This document shows, piece by piece, positions 1 to 9,818 of a stretch of 64,000 nt of DNA. This stretch comes from Candidatus Gastranaerophilales bacterium (GTDB lineage: Bacteria; Cyanobacteriota; Vampirovibrionia; Gastranaerophilales; Gastranaerophilaceae). Position numbers and translations under genes: made by a program. How positions within the stretch are numbered: the first letter of the stretch is position 1; each line of letters opens with the position of its first letter. The notes beneath the pieces are model-generated. The model was not told the origin of the DNA, made no database searches, and was given only the letters and a program-made list of their open reading frames with translations. Location of the stretch: NCBI GenBank assembly GCA_944322855.1, contig CALUQG010000004.1, positions 30,013-94,012 on the forward strand. The letters are read 5' to 3'.

Positions 1-1341
1 ACCAGAGCCGGACTCTATAGACTTCTCGCTGTCGGCGGAGGCGGCGGTGGCGGTGGGGGATATTCTAATGGATTTACCTATAGAGCCTGTACCGGTACAA
101 CCGGCGGACTTGTTTATTCTCAGGTAATTTTGCCAAAAGACCTGAATATGACAATTATTGTCGGAGAAAGCGGCACTGGCGGTCAAAATTCTATGGCGCA
201 GCCTAATCTCGGAAGTATAGGAGGTGGTTCATTAATAAGATTTAACCAGAATCTTCAGACAAAAAGCATGATTGCCGGCGGAGGCGGCAGTGGCTGTGCC
301 ATAGTTTCTCGGCTCGCATGGTCTCCATGTAAATTAAAAATAAAAGGATTTACCAGTTTAGGAAATATTAGAAATATTGATACCGGCAGAGTTTCATGTT
401 CAACAGTACGTTCTACATGGAACCAGTATGCATCCTCTGTTTATTCGTCGTCTGCCAGTGAGTCATCATCAAATATAGATGGAGCCAGAGTTGTAAGAGG
501 CTCAAGGCCGGGTCCTTTGTCTTCATCTGACAATCAAAATGACTCCCACAGGTTCAGGTTGCTAAGTGCATTAACTGACTATAACGATATGTTTGGAATT
601 ACATTCAATGAAGTAACAAAAAAAACAACAGGTGTGTGTAGATTCGGTAATATTCGCAATACAGTATTATGCAAAACTTATGAAAACCACTACGGCGCAG
701 GCGGAGGCGGAGGCGGTGAATACGGTAATGTTGAATTTTCAGCACAGGATGGCATGAACGGATTTGTCGGTATTTCATACAAGCCTGTTCTGGCAGGACT
801 CGGCGGAAAAGCAGGCAAAGTTCTTCAAATTCCTTATTCAGAAATGTCATCCGGTACAATGCTTTTCCCCGGTAAAGGCGGTGCCGGCGGCAGCTATTCT
901 TCAACTTTGTCTAATCGTCCTTCGCATCTAAATGTAGGTCGAAATTCAAGAACAGCAGGCAATGACGGCCAAGCCTCCTACATAAAAAACGGTACACCGG
1001 TGCTCGGCGGTGAAGGAGCTTCTGCTATTGATCCGCGTGATGAAAGCACCTATTCTCAAAATATTAATGCCAACAATATGCCTGTAGGCGGTGATGGTGA
1101 AATGTCAAATGTTTTGACAGTTTCAAAAGCAAAAATCTATGGCGGATTAAGCGGTACAAACACCTCTGCAAACGGACAAACAGGCACAGTATTCAGAAAC
1201 GGTGCAATGATAAGCTCCTTTAAAAACATATACGGTGCCGGCTCAGGCGGAGGCGGCGGAGCTATTACAATAAATGGAACCAACTTTGGCTATGGTTCCG
1301 GCGGAAACGGTTCATCCGGACTTGTGTTTATTCAATGGTAG
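1..1341 (+). CDS. Glycine-rich-domain protein, 5'-truncated by the window edge (Gly_rich / ALK-type glycine-rich fold family, as in secreted or phage-like bacterial proteins)
   Basis: Frame 1 is open from base 1 (TRAGLYRLLAVGGGGGGGGGYSNG...) into listed ORF 130..1341. Repeated modules of poly-Gly runs are followed by short beta-like segments (AVGGGGGGGGGY, IAGGGGSGC, YGAGGGGGGEYG, YGAGSGGGGGAI ... SGLVFIQW*). Confidence 0.6.
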   Translation, partial: TRAGLYRLLAVGGGGGGGGGYSNGFTYRACTGTTGGLVYSQVILPKDLNMTIIVGESGTGGQNSMAQPNLGSIGGGSLIRFNQNLQTKSMIAGGGGSGCAIVSRLAWSPCKLKIKGFTSLGNIRNIDTGRVSCSTVRSTWNQYASSVYSSSASESSSNIDGARVVRGSRPGPLSSSDNQNDSHRFRLLSALTDYNDMFGITFNEVTKKTTGVCRFGNIRNTVLCKTYENHYGAGGGGGGEYGNVEFSAQDGMNGFVGISYKPVLAGLGGKAGKVLQIPYSEMSSGTMLFPGKGGAGGSYSSTLSNRPSHLNVGRNSRTAGNDGQASYIKNGTPVLGGEGASAIDPRDESTYSQNINANNMPVGGDGEMSNVLTVSKAKIYGGLSGTNTSANGQTGTVFRNGAMISSFKNIYGAGSGGGGGAITINGTNFGYGSGGNGSSGLVFIQW

Positions 1342-1349
1342 TGAGTATT

Positions 1350-1380
1350 AAAAGACCGGTAATAAAACCGGTCTTTTATT
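1350..1380. terminator. Rho-independent terminator, bidirectional in appearance
   Basis: There is an 8-bp stem AGACCGGT(1353-1360)/ACCGGTCT(1367-1374) with loop AATAAA. It is flanked by an A-run upstream and a T-run downstream, between convergent genes. Confidence 0.75.
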
Positions 1381-1504
1381 ATTGGCTTTTTTATACTTTT
1401 TATTGATTTTTGTTTGTGCAACTGCCTTGCCCAACCTACGACTCCGTTTTGCCCACCAATTTATTCTGCCAATAATCCAAGACACTTTCCCGGCAGCAAA
1501 GCTT

Positions 1505-1939
1505 TTATTCTTTCCACAAAGACAAGCCTGTCTGCTCATCATTTTTTCTTATTAAATCTTCACCCAGAAGCTCTTGTATCACAACTTCTGCAGCAAAAAT
1601 TGCAGTGCCGTTTACAAGGTGTCCGCCTATACAGCGGCCTTTTCTGTCTGCAGCTGTCAGATGAACGTGACAGAAGGGCTTTCCGTCTTTTAATGAAATA
1701 TTGCCTATGCAAGATACTATCTCCATTGGCTCATCGTATGCGTATGTTGTGTGAATGTATTCTTTGGTAATCTGGTCATAAAATCCGAGTTTTAAGCTGG
1801 AAACAGCACCAATTACACTGATTGCACCTGCTTTGATGTTTTCATCCTGACAAATTCTATTTAGTTCTTCAAGCAAGTCTGTATTGTAGTTTAGTTTTGA
1901 TATAAACGTACGACCGTGTTCAAATTGTTTTAGATACAT
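1505..1939 (-). CDS. PPC (DUF296) domain protein, PD1-like DNA-binding fold
   Basis: The 144-aa ORF has the family-typical layout ...VIGAVSSLKLGFYD...MEIVSCIGNISLKDGKPFCHVHLTAADRKGRCIGGHL..G.AIFAAEVVIQEL. Confidence 0.7.
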   Translation of the reverse strand: MYLKQFEHGRTFISKLNYNTDLLEELNRICQDENIKAGAISVIGAVSSLKLGFYDQITKEYIHTTYAYDEPMEIVSCIGNISLKDGKPFCHVHLTAADRKGRCIGGHLVNGTAIFAAEVVIQELLGEDLIRKNDEQTGLSLWKE

Positions 1940-2120
1940 TTTTTTACCTATTCAAATTATACTGTTTAAAATTGCGTTAAATCGTGTATTTTCATTATTT
2001 CAGAAATAATATATAATATCCAAGTTATAACTTCTTTTTTAACTTTTGTAAAGTTTAAACAAAAAAATATAAAGTTTTTGTTGGAATTAGTCGAAGTAAA
2101 AAGAGTAATATGGTGTATGT

Positions 2121-3242
2121 ATGGAAAATTTTACGTTATTAAAAGAAGACACGTTTGAAGAAAGTCTCGGCGAAATCCTTCAGGTGTCACAAAAAAATGA
2201 AAAACATACTATTCTGCTGGTAGATGATGAGGTGAATAACCTTCAGCTGCTTCGCAGAACACTCCGCCACGATTACAATATTTTGACTGCATCTAACGGA
2301 AAAGAAGCTTTAGAAATTGTTGAAGGAAAAGGAAAAGAAATCGCACTGATTGTCTCTGACCAAAAAATGCCTGAAATGGAAGGGACAGAGTTTCTTAAAA
2401 GAGTTGCAGGTGAATATCCGGATATCATTAAAATCCTTTTAACAGGACATCTGGATGTTGATGCAATTGTGGATTCAATCAACGACTGCCATCTTTATCA
2501 GTATATTGTCAAACCGTTTGATCCGGAAGAACTCAAATTGACAATTGAAACCGGTATTCAAAAATTTGATTTAATGAATAACAAAACAATTATTCTCAAA
2601 GATTTGAGAGAGTTGTTTTATAAAACAATAAAACTAATTGCATCTGCTCTGGATGCAAAAGACCCTTATACTCACGGCCATTCTTTGAGAGTTACAATGT
2701 ATTCTTTGATACTTGCAAAAGCATTAAATTTGGATGATACAACTCTTGAAGAAATAGAAACAGCAGGGCTTTTACACGATATCGGAAAAATCGGTATTCC
2801 GCAAAAAATTCTTTGCAAACCCGGAAAACTGACCGATGAAGAATATGAAGTAATGAAATCTCACCCCCAGCAGGCTGAAAAAATGCTTATGGGGATAAAA
2901 AAACTTACTGTAATTTCAAACTGGCTTCGTACTCATCATGAAAGATGGGACGGAAAGGGTTATCCTAACGGGCTTAAAGGTGAAGAAATACCTATTTCAG
3001 GCAGAATAATTGCTCTGGCAGATACCTATGACGCAATGACCTCCACTCGTTCTTACAGAAAAGCGCTTTCTCATGAGACTGCAATTGCAGAAATTCAGCG
3101 CTGTGCCGGTACACAATTTGACCCTGTACTGGCGGAACTTTTTGTAAAATGTCAGGACGAAATCAAAGCAGCCAAGGAAGATCCGGAAACTTATTATCCA
3201 AAATACAGTTACCTGCAAAAAGAAATTCAAGAAACTATTTAA
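2121..3242 (+). CDS. Response regulator with HD-GYP output domain (RpfG-type c-di-GMP phosphodiesterase)
   Basis: The N-terminal REC domain shows ILLVDDE...LIVSDQKMPEMEG...K. The C-terminal HD-GYP motifs are HGHSLRV, LLHDIGKIGIP and HHERWDGKGYPNGL. Confidence 0.85.
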   Translation: MENFTLLKEDTFEESLGEILQVSQKNEKHTILLVDDEVNNLQLLRRTLRHDYNILTASNGKEALEIVEGKGKEIALIVSDQKMPEMEGTEFLKRVAGEYPDIIKILLTGHLDVDAIVDSINDCHLYQYIVKPFDPEELKLTIETGIQKFDLMNNKTIILKDLRELFYKTIKLIASALDAKDPYTHGHSLRVTMYSLILAKALNLDDTTLEEIETAGLLHDIGKIGIPQKILCKPGKLTDEEYEVMKSHPQQAEKMLMGIKKLTVISNWLRTHHERWDGKGYPNGLKGEEIPISGRIIALADTYDAMTSTRSYRKALSHETAIAEIQRCAGTQFDPVLAELFVKCQDEIKAAKEDPETYYPKYSYLQKEIQETI

Positions 3243-3334
3243 AAAAAATCGGCATGATTTTTGAAAAAACCAGCCGAGATGGATAGAATTAGTATTACGG
3301 AGTTTATAGAGGAGTTTACATGAGCATGAAATCT

Positions 3335-3359
3335 TAGCAAAAATTTTTTTGCTACTTTT
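3335..3359 (+). terminator. Putative intrinsic terminator downstream of the HD-GYP gene
   Basis: Palindrome TAGCAAAA-ATTT-TTTTGCTA (8-bp stem) followed by CTTTTG. Confidence 0.45.
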
Positions 3360-3410
3360 GTCGTATCATGTTAACAAATGTTAAGACGACTTTTGTGTTA
3401 TCCTTAACAA

Positions 3411-4328
3411 ATGGAAAATTTGAAATTTTTTCTTGAATACACTAGGGCATATTCTCTCCCTATGTCAGTAATGGCCTGGATTATCGCTTTTTCTTTTGCA
3501 ATTTTTAACGGCGGAAATATACTGTATGGAATATTAGCTTTTTGGGGCATAGCTTGTGCCCATCTTGGTGCTAATTTGTTTGATGATATTGTTGACTACA
3601 AAAAATATGTAGAAAATAAAGAAACCGGCAAAAATATTAATCTGAAAAAAGGTAAATGCAAAAATTTTTTGGACAACAGACTCTCTGTTGCAGCTGCGTT
3701 CAAAACTACTGCTGTTTTATTTTCTATATCAATTTTTGTAGGATTGTTTTTCGTATATTTATATAAGCTTCCGGTGCTTTTTATCATGGCTATAGCCGGA
3801 ATATTGTGTCTTTTATATCCTAAATCAGGATATTTTGGATTGAGTGAAATAATAATAGGAATAGTATTCTCACCGCTTCTTTTCACCGGTGTTTTTTATG
3901 TTATGACAGGACAGTTTTCTTCAAAGCTTGAATGGCTCTCTGTTTCTTTTGCGCTGGTTGTTGTTTGTCTTTTATATACAGACTTTTTTCTTGATTTCAA
4001 TTCTGACAAGAAAGCCGGAAAAAGGACTTTGCCGATTATCAGCGGCAGCAAGCAGAATGCTTATTATTTATATGTATTTATTGTATTTTTAATTTATGCA
4101 AATTTATTTTTTGGAATACATGCACATGTTTTTTCAGGAAAATATTTTGTGATTTTTGTTTCTGTTCTTTTTGCTTTAAGAACTATAAAAAACCTCTTGA
4201 ATTATATTGATAAAGAGATAGAAAGCGAAAAAAGCTTTTTAGAAATAATGAATGATGTGCAAAAATTTGCAGCTGTATTTTCAGTGCTTTGTATTCTTGC
4301 ATTTTATTTGGACAAGACCGGAATATAA
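3411..4328 (+). CDS. UbiA-family polyprenyltransferase (MenA/UbiA-like; substrate unknown)
   Basis: This is a polytopic membrane protein. The first Asp-rich motif is NLFDDIVDY (NxxDDxxD). The second is DFFLDFNSDKKAGKRTLPI (DxxxD...G..TLP). Confidence 0.7.
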   Translation: MENLKFFLEYTRAYSLPMSVMAWIIAFSFAIFNGGNILYGILAFWGIACAHLGANLFDDIVDYKKYVENKETGKNINLKKGKCKNFLDNRLSVAAAFKTTAVLFSISIFVGLFFVYLYKLPVLFIMAIAGILCLLYPKSGYFGLSEIIIGIVFSPLLFTGVFYVMTGQFSSKLEWLSVSFALVVVCLLYTDFFLDFNSDKKAGKRTLPIISGSKQNAYYLYVFIVFLIYANLFFGIHAHVFSGKYFVIFVSVLFALRTIKNLLNYIDKEIESEKSFLEIMNDVQKFAAVFSVLCILAFYLDKTGI

Positions 4329-4378
4329 AACTTAAAAAATATAAAAGCAGTTATATAAACTATCCGATCGCAATACAA

Positions 4379-4813
4379 TTATCCTTTAATCTGGAACGGA
4401 CATTTTGTGCAGCGTGCTTTGGGCACCAGCACTAGGTTGTCTTCGAGGTCATACATTTTTGCAATACGGGTAACTAGTTTTGAACCGCAGACCGGACACT
4501 CAAGGTTTTCTATATCATGAGCAAGAATTTGATTTTTAATAAATATTGTAGCTTCATTATCCGGCAAAAGAGAAAGGTCGGGGTGTTTTTCATATTTTTT
4601 TATCTCGGATGGTTTAAGCTTCAAACCGTTAGCCAATTTTTGTCGGATTGTTGAAGCGAGGAAGAGTTCCTGACCGCTTTCAATTTCTTCAATGGTTTTT
4701 AAAGGCAGAGCTGACTTTTTTGCCAGCCCTGTCTGTGATAAACCGATTTTTTCTCTCAATTCAGAAACAAATTGAGCAAGTGATTTAGGCTCTGCACTGC
4801 TTTCATTTGTCAT
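4379..4813 (-). CDS. XRE-family HTH protein with C-terminal CxxC...CxxC zinc ribbon
   Basis: The HTH segment is SLAQFVSELREKIGLSQTGLAKKSALPLKTIEEIESGQ. The C-terminus has CPVCGS...CTKCPF. I place the start at the ATG at 4811-4813 (MTNESS...), 1 nt after the secF stop, rather than the longer ORF that overlaps secF. Confidence 0.65.
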   Translation of the reverse strand: MTNESSAEPKSLAQFVSELREKIGLSQTGLAKKSALPLKTIEEIESGQELFLASTIRQKLANGLKLKPSEIKKYEKHPDLSLLPDNEATIFIKNQILAHDIENLECPVCGSKLVTRIAKMYDLEDNLVLVPKARCTKCPFQIKG

Positions 4814-4814
4814 T

Positions 4815-5810
4815 TTAAGCTGCAGCTCCTCTTTTTTTGTTTTCCTGTTTTTCTCTCCACCAGTCAAGTAATGTTGATGCAAAGAATATACTTGAATAAG
4901 TACCGATTGCAATACCTACAATCATTGCAAGGACAAATTCTTTTGTTGTCTCACCGCCGAACAGGTAAAGAGCGCCAAGCGTAATCAATGTTGTCAAAGA
5001 AGTATTAATACTTCTGGCAAGAGTCTGGTTGACACTTGCGTTAACGATTTCAGGGAAAGTCGCTTTTTTGGCAAGAAATCTTGAATTTTCTCTGATTCTG
5101 TCAAATACAACGATTGTGTCATGGTTTGAAAAACCTACAACAGTAAGTACTGCTGTTATAAACAAAGCATCAATGTGTACATCAAAGAATATTCCGAGTA
5201 TTGAGAAAAATCCCAGAACAAACAAAGCATCGTGAGCAAGAGAAATCAGTGCAATTACTGCGTAATCAAGCTGAAATCTGAAAGAAAGGTAAACAACAAT
5301 GCCAAGAAATGCCAGCCCTAGTGCATACAAAGAGTTTACAAACAATTCTTTCCCCAGAGAAGGCCCTATTGAACTAACTTGAACAAGCTCAGCACCCGGG
5401 TAATCGGCTGTGATTACATTTGCTATCTTTTGCTCTGCTGTTTTGTCATTGCTTTTGAAAGCTGTTTTAACTGAGATTACAGTAGCGGTATTGAGTTTTT
5501 CCGCTTTAGAAATAGTATTGTTTGTTCTCAAAACCTGAATCACAGGATTTTCCACCCCTGCATTTATGAGTTTGGTTCTGAGGTTTCCTATTTCGCTGTT
5601 GGGTACATCTTTTTTGACAGAGTATTGTGAAATTGTACCGCCTGTGAAGTCAATACCTACTTTAACAGGATAGTGTGTAGGATAGTTTATCATAGAATAA
5701 ACCATTGCAATGATGCCGGGGACAATCAGCAAAAGTGACAGTCCGAACCAGACCCATCTGTATTTTACGACATCAATCCATTTATGTTGATGTAAAACTG
5801 TTTCACTCAT
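4815..5810 (-). CDS. secF: Protein translocase subunit SecF
   Basis: The ORF shows GIDFTGGT, six TM segments and a SecF-typical C-terminal half. It lies immediately downstream of secD. Confidence 0.9.
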   Translation of the reverse strand: MSETVLHQHKWIDVVKYRWVWFGLSLLLIVPGIIAMVYSMINYPTHYPVKVGIDFTGGTISQYSVKKDVPNSEIGNLRTKLINAGVENPVIQVLRTNNTISKAEKLNTATVISVKTAFKSNDKTAEQKIANVITADYPGAELVQVSSIGPSLGKELFVNSLYALGLAFLGIVVYLSFRFQLDYAVIALISLAHDALFVLGFFSILGIFFDVHIDALFITAVLTVVGFSNHDTIVVFDRIRENSRFLAKKATFPEIVNASVNQTLARSINTSLTTLITLGALYLFGGETTKEFVLAMIVGIAIGTYSSIFFASTLLDWWREKQENKKRGAAA

Positions 5811-5848
5811 TATATTTTCTCCTTAGAAATTATTTTTTATATTTTTTA

Positions 5849-7156
5849 TTAATCAAGAATACCGAATTTTGCTTTTTCTTTCTTTGTTTCGGTAGCTTCA
5901 TAAGCTTTGCCTATTTCTGACTGTTTAATACCGAACCAGCCAGGGTGTTTTAGCTGACCTGCACCAAATAACAGGTGCATGAAGTTTTTGGTAACAGTAA
6001 TTGCGGTAAACATACTGATTACAACACCTATAATCAATGTCAGAGCAAATCCTTTGATAATGCTTGTACCCAGGAAGTACAGAATTACGCAGGTAATTAT
6101 TGTAGTCATATTTGAGTCGAAAATTGAAGTAAATGCTCTGTCAAAACCTGCATTGATAGCTGTAAATAGAGTTCTTCCGGCCTTAAGCTCTTCTTTTGTC
6201 CTTTCAAAAATAAGGATGTTTGCATCAACAGCCATACCGATACTCAGGATAAAACCTGCAATGCCGGCAAGTGTCAATGTAACCGGAACGATTTTAAATA
6301 CTGCAAAAACAAGTATTGAATAAATAATCAATGCAATATCTGCGATAAATCCCGGCAAACGATAGTATAAAAGCATAAACAGCATAACAAGACCGATACC
6401 TATAATACCTGCTGTTTTGCTCTTTGCAATACTGTCAGCACCGAGAGTCGGGCCAACAAGACTTTCTTCAATAATCTTGGCCGGAACAGGCAATGCACCT
6501 GCATTAAGGAGGTCAACCATTTTTTTTGCTTCTTCGTAAGCAAAACCGGAATCACCGCCGGAGATTTGAGCATGACCGCCGAGAATAGGCTCTTGAATAG
6601 TCGGGGCGGATTGAAGCTCACCGTTGAAGAAAATAGCCATTGACTGACCTACCATTTTTGAAGTCAATTCTCCGAATTTTTTTGTACCTTTGTCATTAAA
6701 TTCAAGCGATACAACCCATTGTCCGCCAGGATTTGTTGATATTAAAGCTTTTTTTACATCTTTACCTGTTAAACCTGATGAAATCCAGCCTGTTGCGCCA
6801 TATTTTCCGTCAAGCGGCTTTTTAAATTCCAGTTCTGCTGTTTCGCCAAGAAATTCTTTTGCTTTCGCAGGATCTGAAACGTTAGGTATTTCAACGAGCA
6901 GACGTTTTTCACCTGTCTGTTGTACAAGAGTTTCCGCAACACCCAGAGCGTTAACTCTGTTTTCAATAGCAAATTGCAAACTGCTCATCATATCAGGTGT
7001 GATTTTTGCGATTGTGTCTGTTGTCTGTGCTTCAAGCACTATTCTTGAGCCTCCTACAAGGTCAAGTCCCAATTTTGTCGGTTTTTTAATGATTATCAAT
7101 GCTGCAACTATAGTAAGAGCGATAATCATCCAAAACATAATTTTTTTGTTTTTCAT
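5849..7156 (-). CDS. secD: Protein translocase subunit SecD
   Basis: The ORF shows LGLDLVGGSRIVLEA, a periplasmic domain and then an RND-like 6-TM bundle (MAVDANILIFERTKEE). Confidence 0.9.
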   Translation of the reverse strand: MKNKKIMFWMIIALTIVAALIIIKKPTKLGLDLVGGSRIVLEAQTTDTIAKITPDMMSSLQFAIENRVNALGVAETLVQQTGEKRLLVEIPNVSDPAKAKEFLGETAELEFKKPLDGKYGATGWISSGLTGKDVKKALISTNPGGQWVVSLEFNDKGTKKFGELTSKMVGQSMAIFFNGELQSAPTIQEPILGGHAQISGGDSGFAYEEAKKMVDLLNAGALPVPAKIIEESLVGPTLGADSIAKSKTAGIIGIGLVMLFMLLYYRLPGFIADIALIIYSILVFAVFKIVPVTLTLAGIAGFILSIGMAVDANILIFERTKEELKAGRTLFTAINAGFDRAFTSIFDSNMTTIITCVILYFLGTSIIKGFALTLIIGVVISMFTAITVTKNFMHLLFGAGQLKHPGWFGIKQSEIGKAYEATETKKEKAKFGILD

Positions 7157-7318
7157 TTTTAAGCCTCTCTATGCCCCTGTATAAAATTTTATAATTTCAA
7201 ATTTACTGCATTATTGTAACAAAAAAATGCCTATATAGTATAAAAATTACATAAATAGCCGGGTTGTATATTAAACTTTGTAAAGAATTTCTCATCTTTT
7301 CTAAAAATAAAAAAAGAT

Positions 7319-8668
7319 ATGCCGATAAAAATAAAAAAAGATATTTTTATGCGAATAAATGAAATAGATAAAATTTTTATAAACGAAACTTCTCAAACAT
7401 CATTAAATACCTGTGCAAAAAGTGATGAAAAATTTTTTGATGCAAAGTTTAATGATATGGAGGGTCTGGAAGTTGAGCAGAATGTTCAAACGAACACTCC
7501 TAAAAAATCATCGGATGACAAAAACAAAATTATCGTAGAAAAAAGTTCTGACGGGCTTTCTGAAACAAAATATAAAGGTGATGAGCCACTTGAATACATT
7601 GAAAAAAGAAAAGACGGTTCAACAAAATGGACTATCAAAAAACTTGAAAACGGAAATTTTCAATCAACTCTCTACAGAAAAGACGGCTCAATATATTCAC
7701 AAGGCGAATACCTTGATTTTTATGAAGTATGCAAATTAAATGAAAAAAGATATGATCAAGACGGTGTTCTTGTTCAAAAGAGTTACAACAACGGGTCAAA
7801 TCTTGTACATGAGCGTTATAAAAACGGAATATTAAGAGTTCAGGAAATTACTGACCCTATGGGTGAATCCAGAGTTTTTGAAAGAACTATTTACAATAAA
7901 GACGGAAGCATTTACATTCATCTCAAATACGACATTAACGGTAATGTTGTAGAAAATATCAAAAATGTTTTTAAAGACAAACCCGGCTTTGATAATTTTA
8001 ACAAAAAAAATCTTGACGGAGATATAGATGACGGTTTTGAACAGGGTATGTCCGGCAGCTGTTATTTTGTAAGTACGGTGCAGAGCTTTTTAAATACTGA
8101 AAAGGGCAGAGATATTCTCAAAAAAAGTATTTCGTATGACTCTGAAAATCAAACTGCGACTATAAAGTTTTTAGGTGTAAATAAGGAATACCAGTTTAAA
8201 GATGAAGAAATAAAAAAAGCTATGGGAAGACTTTCCACCGGTGATCCTGATTTTGCTGCTCTGCTTTTGGGATATGAACAATATCGTACGGAAAATTTGA
8301 GAAAATCTATTGACGGCGGTTTTGGAAACGAAGTAATGAAGGCACTGTACGGTGAAGAAGGCGAATCAAATGTATTATTTGGTTCCATGGTTATTCCCAT
8401 TGATAAAGCTACGGTTGATGATATGCAAAATAAACTTCAAAAAGGAAACTTTGCAATAACCGTTCATACTCCTCCTGTCAGTGTGGATACTGAATTTTCA
8501 AAAAAAGACAACGAAATGGGGCTTATAAATACTCATGCCTATTCCCTAAAATCAATTGATGATGACAATGTGTATGTTATCAATCCATCAGATCAAAAGA
8601 TTATAAAATTAAGCAGAGAAAAATTTATTCAAACCTTTACTACTTTTTCTGAAGTGGAGTTGAAATAA
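7319..8668 (+). CDS. Calpain-like (papain-fold, C2-type) cysteine protease with N-terminal YD/MORN-like repeats
   Basis: The C-terminal half has EQGMSGSCYFVSTVQS (cf. calpain QGxLGDCWLL), LINTHAYSLKSID (cf. GHAYS) and VYVINPSD (cf. RNPWG). The N-terminal half has repeats such as LYRKDGSIY, RYDQDGVLV, IYNKDGSIY and KYDINGNVV. An alternative start is at 7349. Confidence 0.6.
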   Translation: MPIKIKKDIFMRINEIDKIFINETSQTSLNTCAKSDEKFFDAKFNDMEGLEVEQNVQTNTPKKSSDDKNKIIVEKSSDGLSETKYKGDEPLEYIEKRKDGSTKWTIKKLENGNFQSTLYRKDGSIYSQGEYLDFYEVCKLNEKRYDQDGVLVQKSYNNGSNLVHERYKNGILRVQEITDPMGESRVFERTIYNKDGSIYIHLKYDINGNVVENIKNVFKDKPGFDNFNKKNLDGDIDDGFEQGMSGSCYFVSTVQSFLNTEKGRDILKKSISYDSENQTATIKFLGVNKEYQFKDEEIKKAMGRLSTGDPDFAALLLGYEQYRTENLRKSIDGGFGNEVMKALYGEEGESNVLFGSMVIPIDKATVDDMQNKLQKGNFAITVHTPPVSVDTEFSKKDNEMGLINTHAYSLKSIDDDNVYVINPSDQKIIKLSREKFIQTFTTFSEVELK

Positions 8669-8908
8669 ATTCCACAGCCTCACTACGGCACTTACTTTTA
8701 TTGCACTTCGGAAACAAAACAGCTTCACACAACTAGTTCCCTGAAGGTTCGTTTTTTTCACGTCAGAGACTGGGTACAATAACTAAACTTTGAAGAGGTA
8801 ATACAGCTTTGCTGTTGTAATATTGATTAAACATTGTTGATTTTCAGTATGAATTTTTGCTGACTATAATGTAAGTGAAGAGAAATCTACATCAGACAAT
8901 TGTATTTT

Positions 8909-9808
8909 TCAAGCAGATTCTTTTTCTGAATAATTTTCTGTCTTTTCAGATTTTTGATACGGAACTGCATAAAGTTCTCCGTAAAATTCTTCCTGATATA
9001 AATCAACATCGGAGTCAGGTTCTGCTGTCAGGAACAAAAGTGCAATGTAAGCGGAAATCTTATCTAATCCAAGTAGTGTTAGGGTAGAAAGTTCAACTTT
9101 GTCTTCTGTTTCAAAGATTTTTTTCAAATTTTCATGCAAGACTTCGACACTTTTTTCAATATATTCATCGTGAGCAAGATTTACAATATCATCCGGAGTC
9201 AGTCTTGCATACGAGCGGACTCTTCTTTTTGCACGTTCATGAGCATTTTTCAAAGACTGTTTTCTGTCGAGTTCTTCATAAAATTGCAGCTGTTTAATCA
9301 GGTCTTTTAAGTTTACCATACGGCTTCTGTTAAGACGTATACTGGTGCGTCTTTGAAGAACTTCATCAAGTGAAATAACATTGCTTGTACTTATTTCTTC
9401 GTCCCAATCGGAAGAATAATCATCCTGCAATTCAAAATCGTCATAATTTTCTTCTTCAATTCCCTCAATCTGGTTTACGTCAATGCCCTCAAGAACATTT
9501 GATTTCAAACGCAGCAGTATTGCTGCAAAAAGCAGTGTACGTCCGGTGAGTCTGAGGTTTTGTGCTTTCATTTGGAATAAATGAGCGAGGTACTTGTCTG
9601 TAACGTCGACAATATCAACATTCCAGGGATCAATTTTGCCGTTCTTTGCCATCTGAACAAGAATTTCAATCCCGTCAACCTGACCTGCTTCATTTTGGGC
9701 TTCAACAGCAGAAATAATTGACATCTCATCCTGACTGATGTCTTCGTGAGAATCATTTTGCGGTATGTAAAATTCATGATTTAAACTTGATTCGGCTGTA
9801 TCTGTCAT
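8909..9808 (-). CDS. scpA: Segregation and condensation protein A (kleisin)
   Basis: The ORF shows IDPWNVDIVDVTDKYLAHL...NLRLTGRTLLFAAILLRLKS. It lies 10 nt downstream of smc on the same strand. Confidence 0.8.
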   Translation of the reverse strand: MTDTAESSLNHEFYIPQNDSHEDISQDEMSIISAVEAQNEAGQVDGIEILVQMAKNGKIDPWNVDIVDVTDKYLAHLFQMKAQNLRLTGRTLLFAAILLRLKSNVLEGIDVNQIEGIEEENYDDFELQDDYSSDWDEEISTSNVISLDEVLQRRTSIRLNRSRMVNLKDLIKQLQFYEELDRKQSLKNAHERAKRRVRSYARLTPDDIVNLAHDEYIEKSVEVLHENLKKIFETEDKVELSTLTLLGLDKISAYIALLFLTAEPDSDVDLYQEEFYGELYAVPYQKSEKTENYSEKESA

Positions 9809-9818
9809 CTTTTATCCC

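Noticed and set aside
8669-8908. A 240-nt non-coding gap between convergent genes might hold a small RNA or a missing scpB remnant.
   Set aside because: I found only weak hairpins, including a 5-bp stem before a T7 run near 8750. No recognisable RNA motif and no ScpB-like reading frame were found, so evidence is insufficient.
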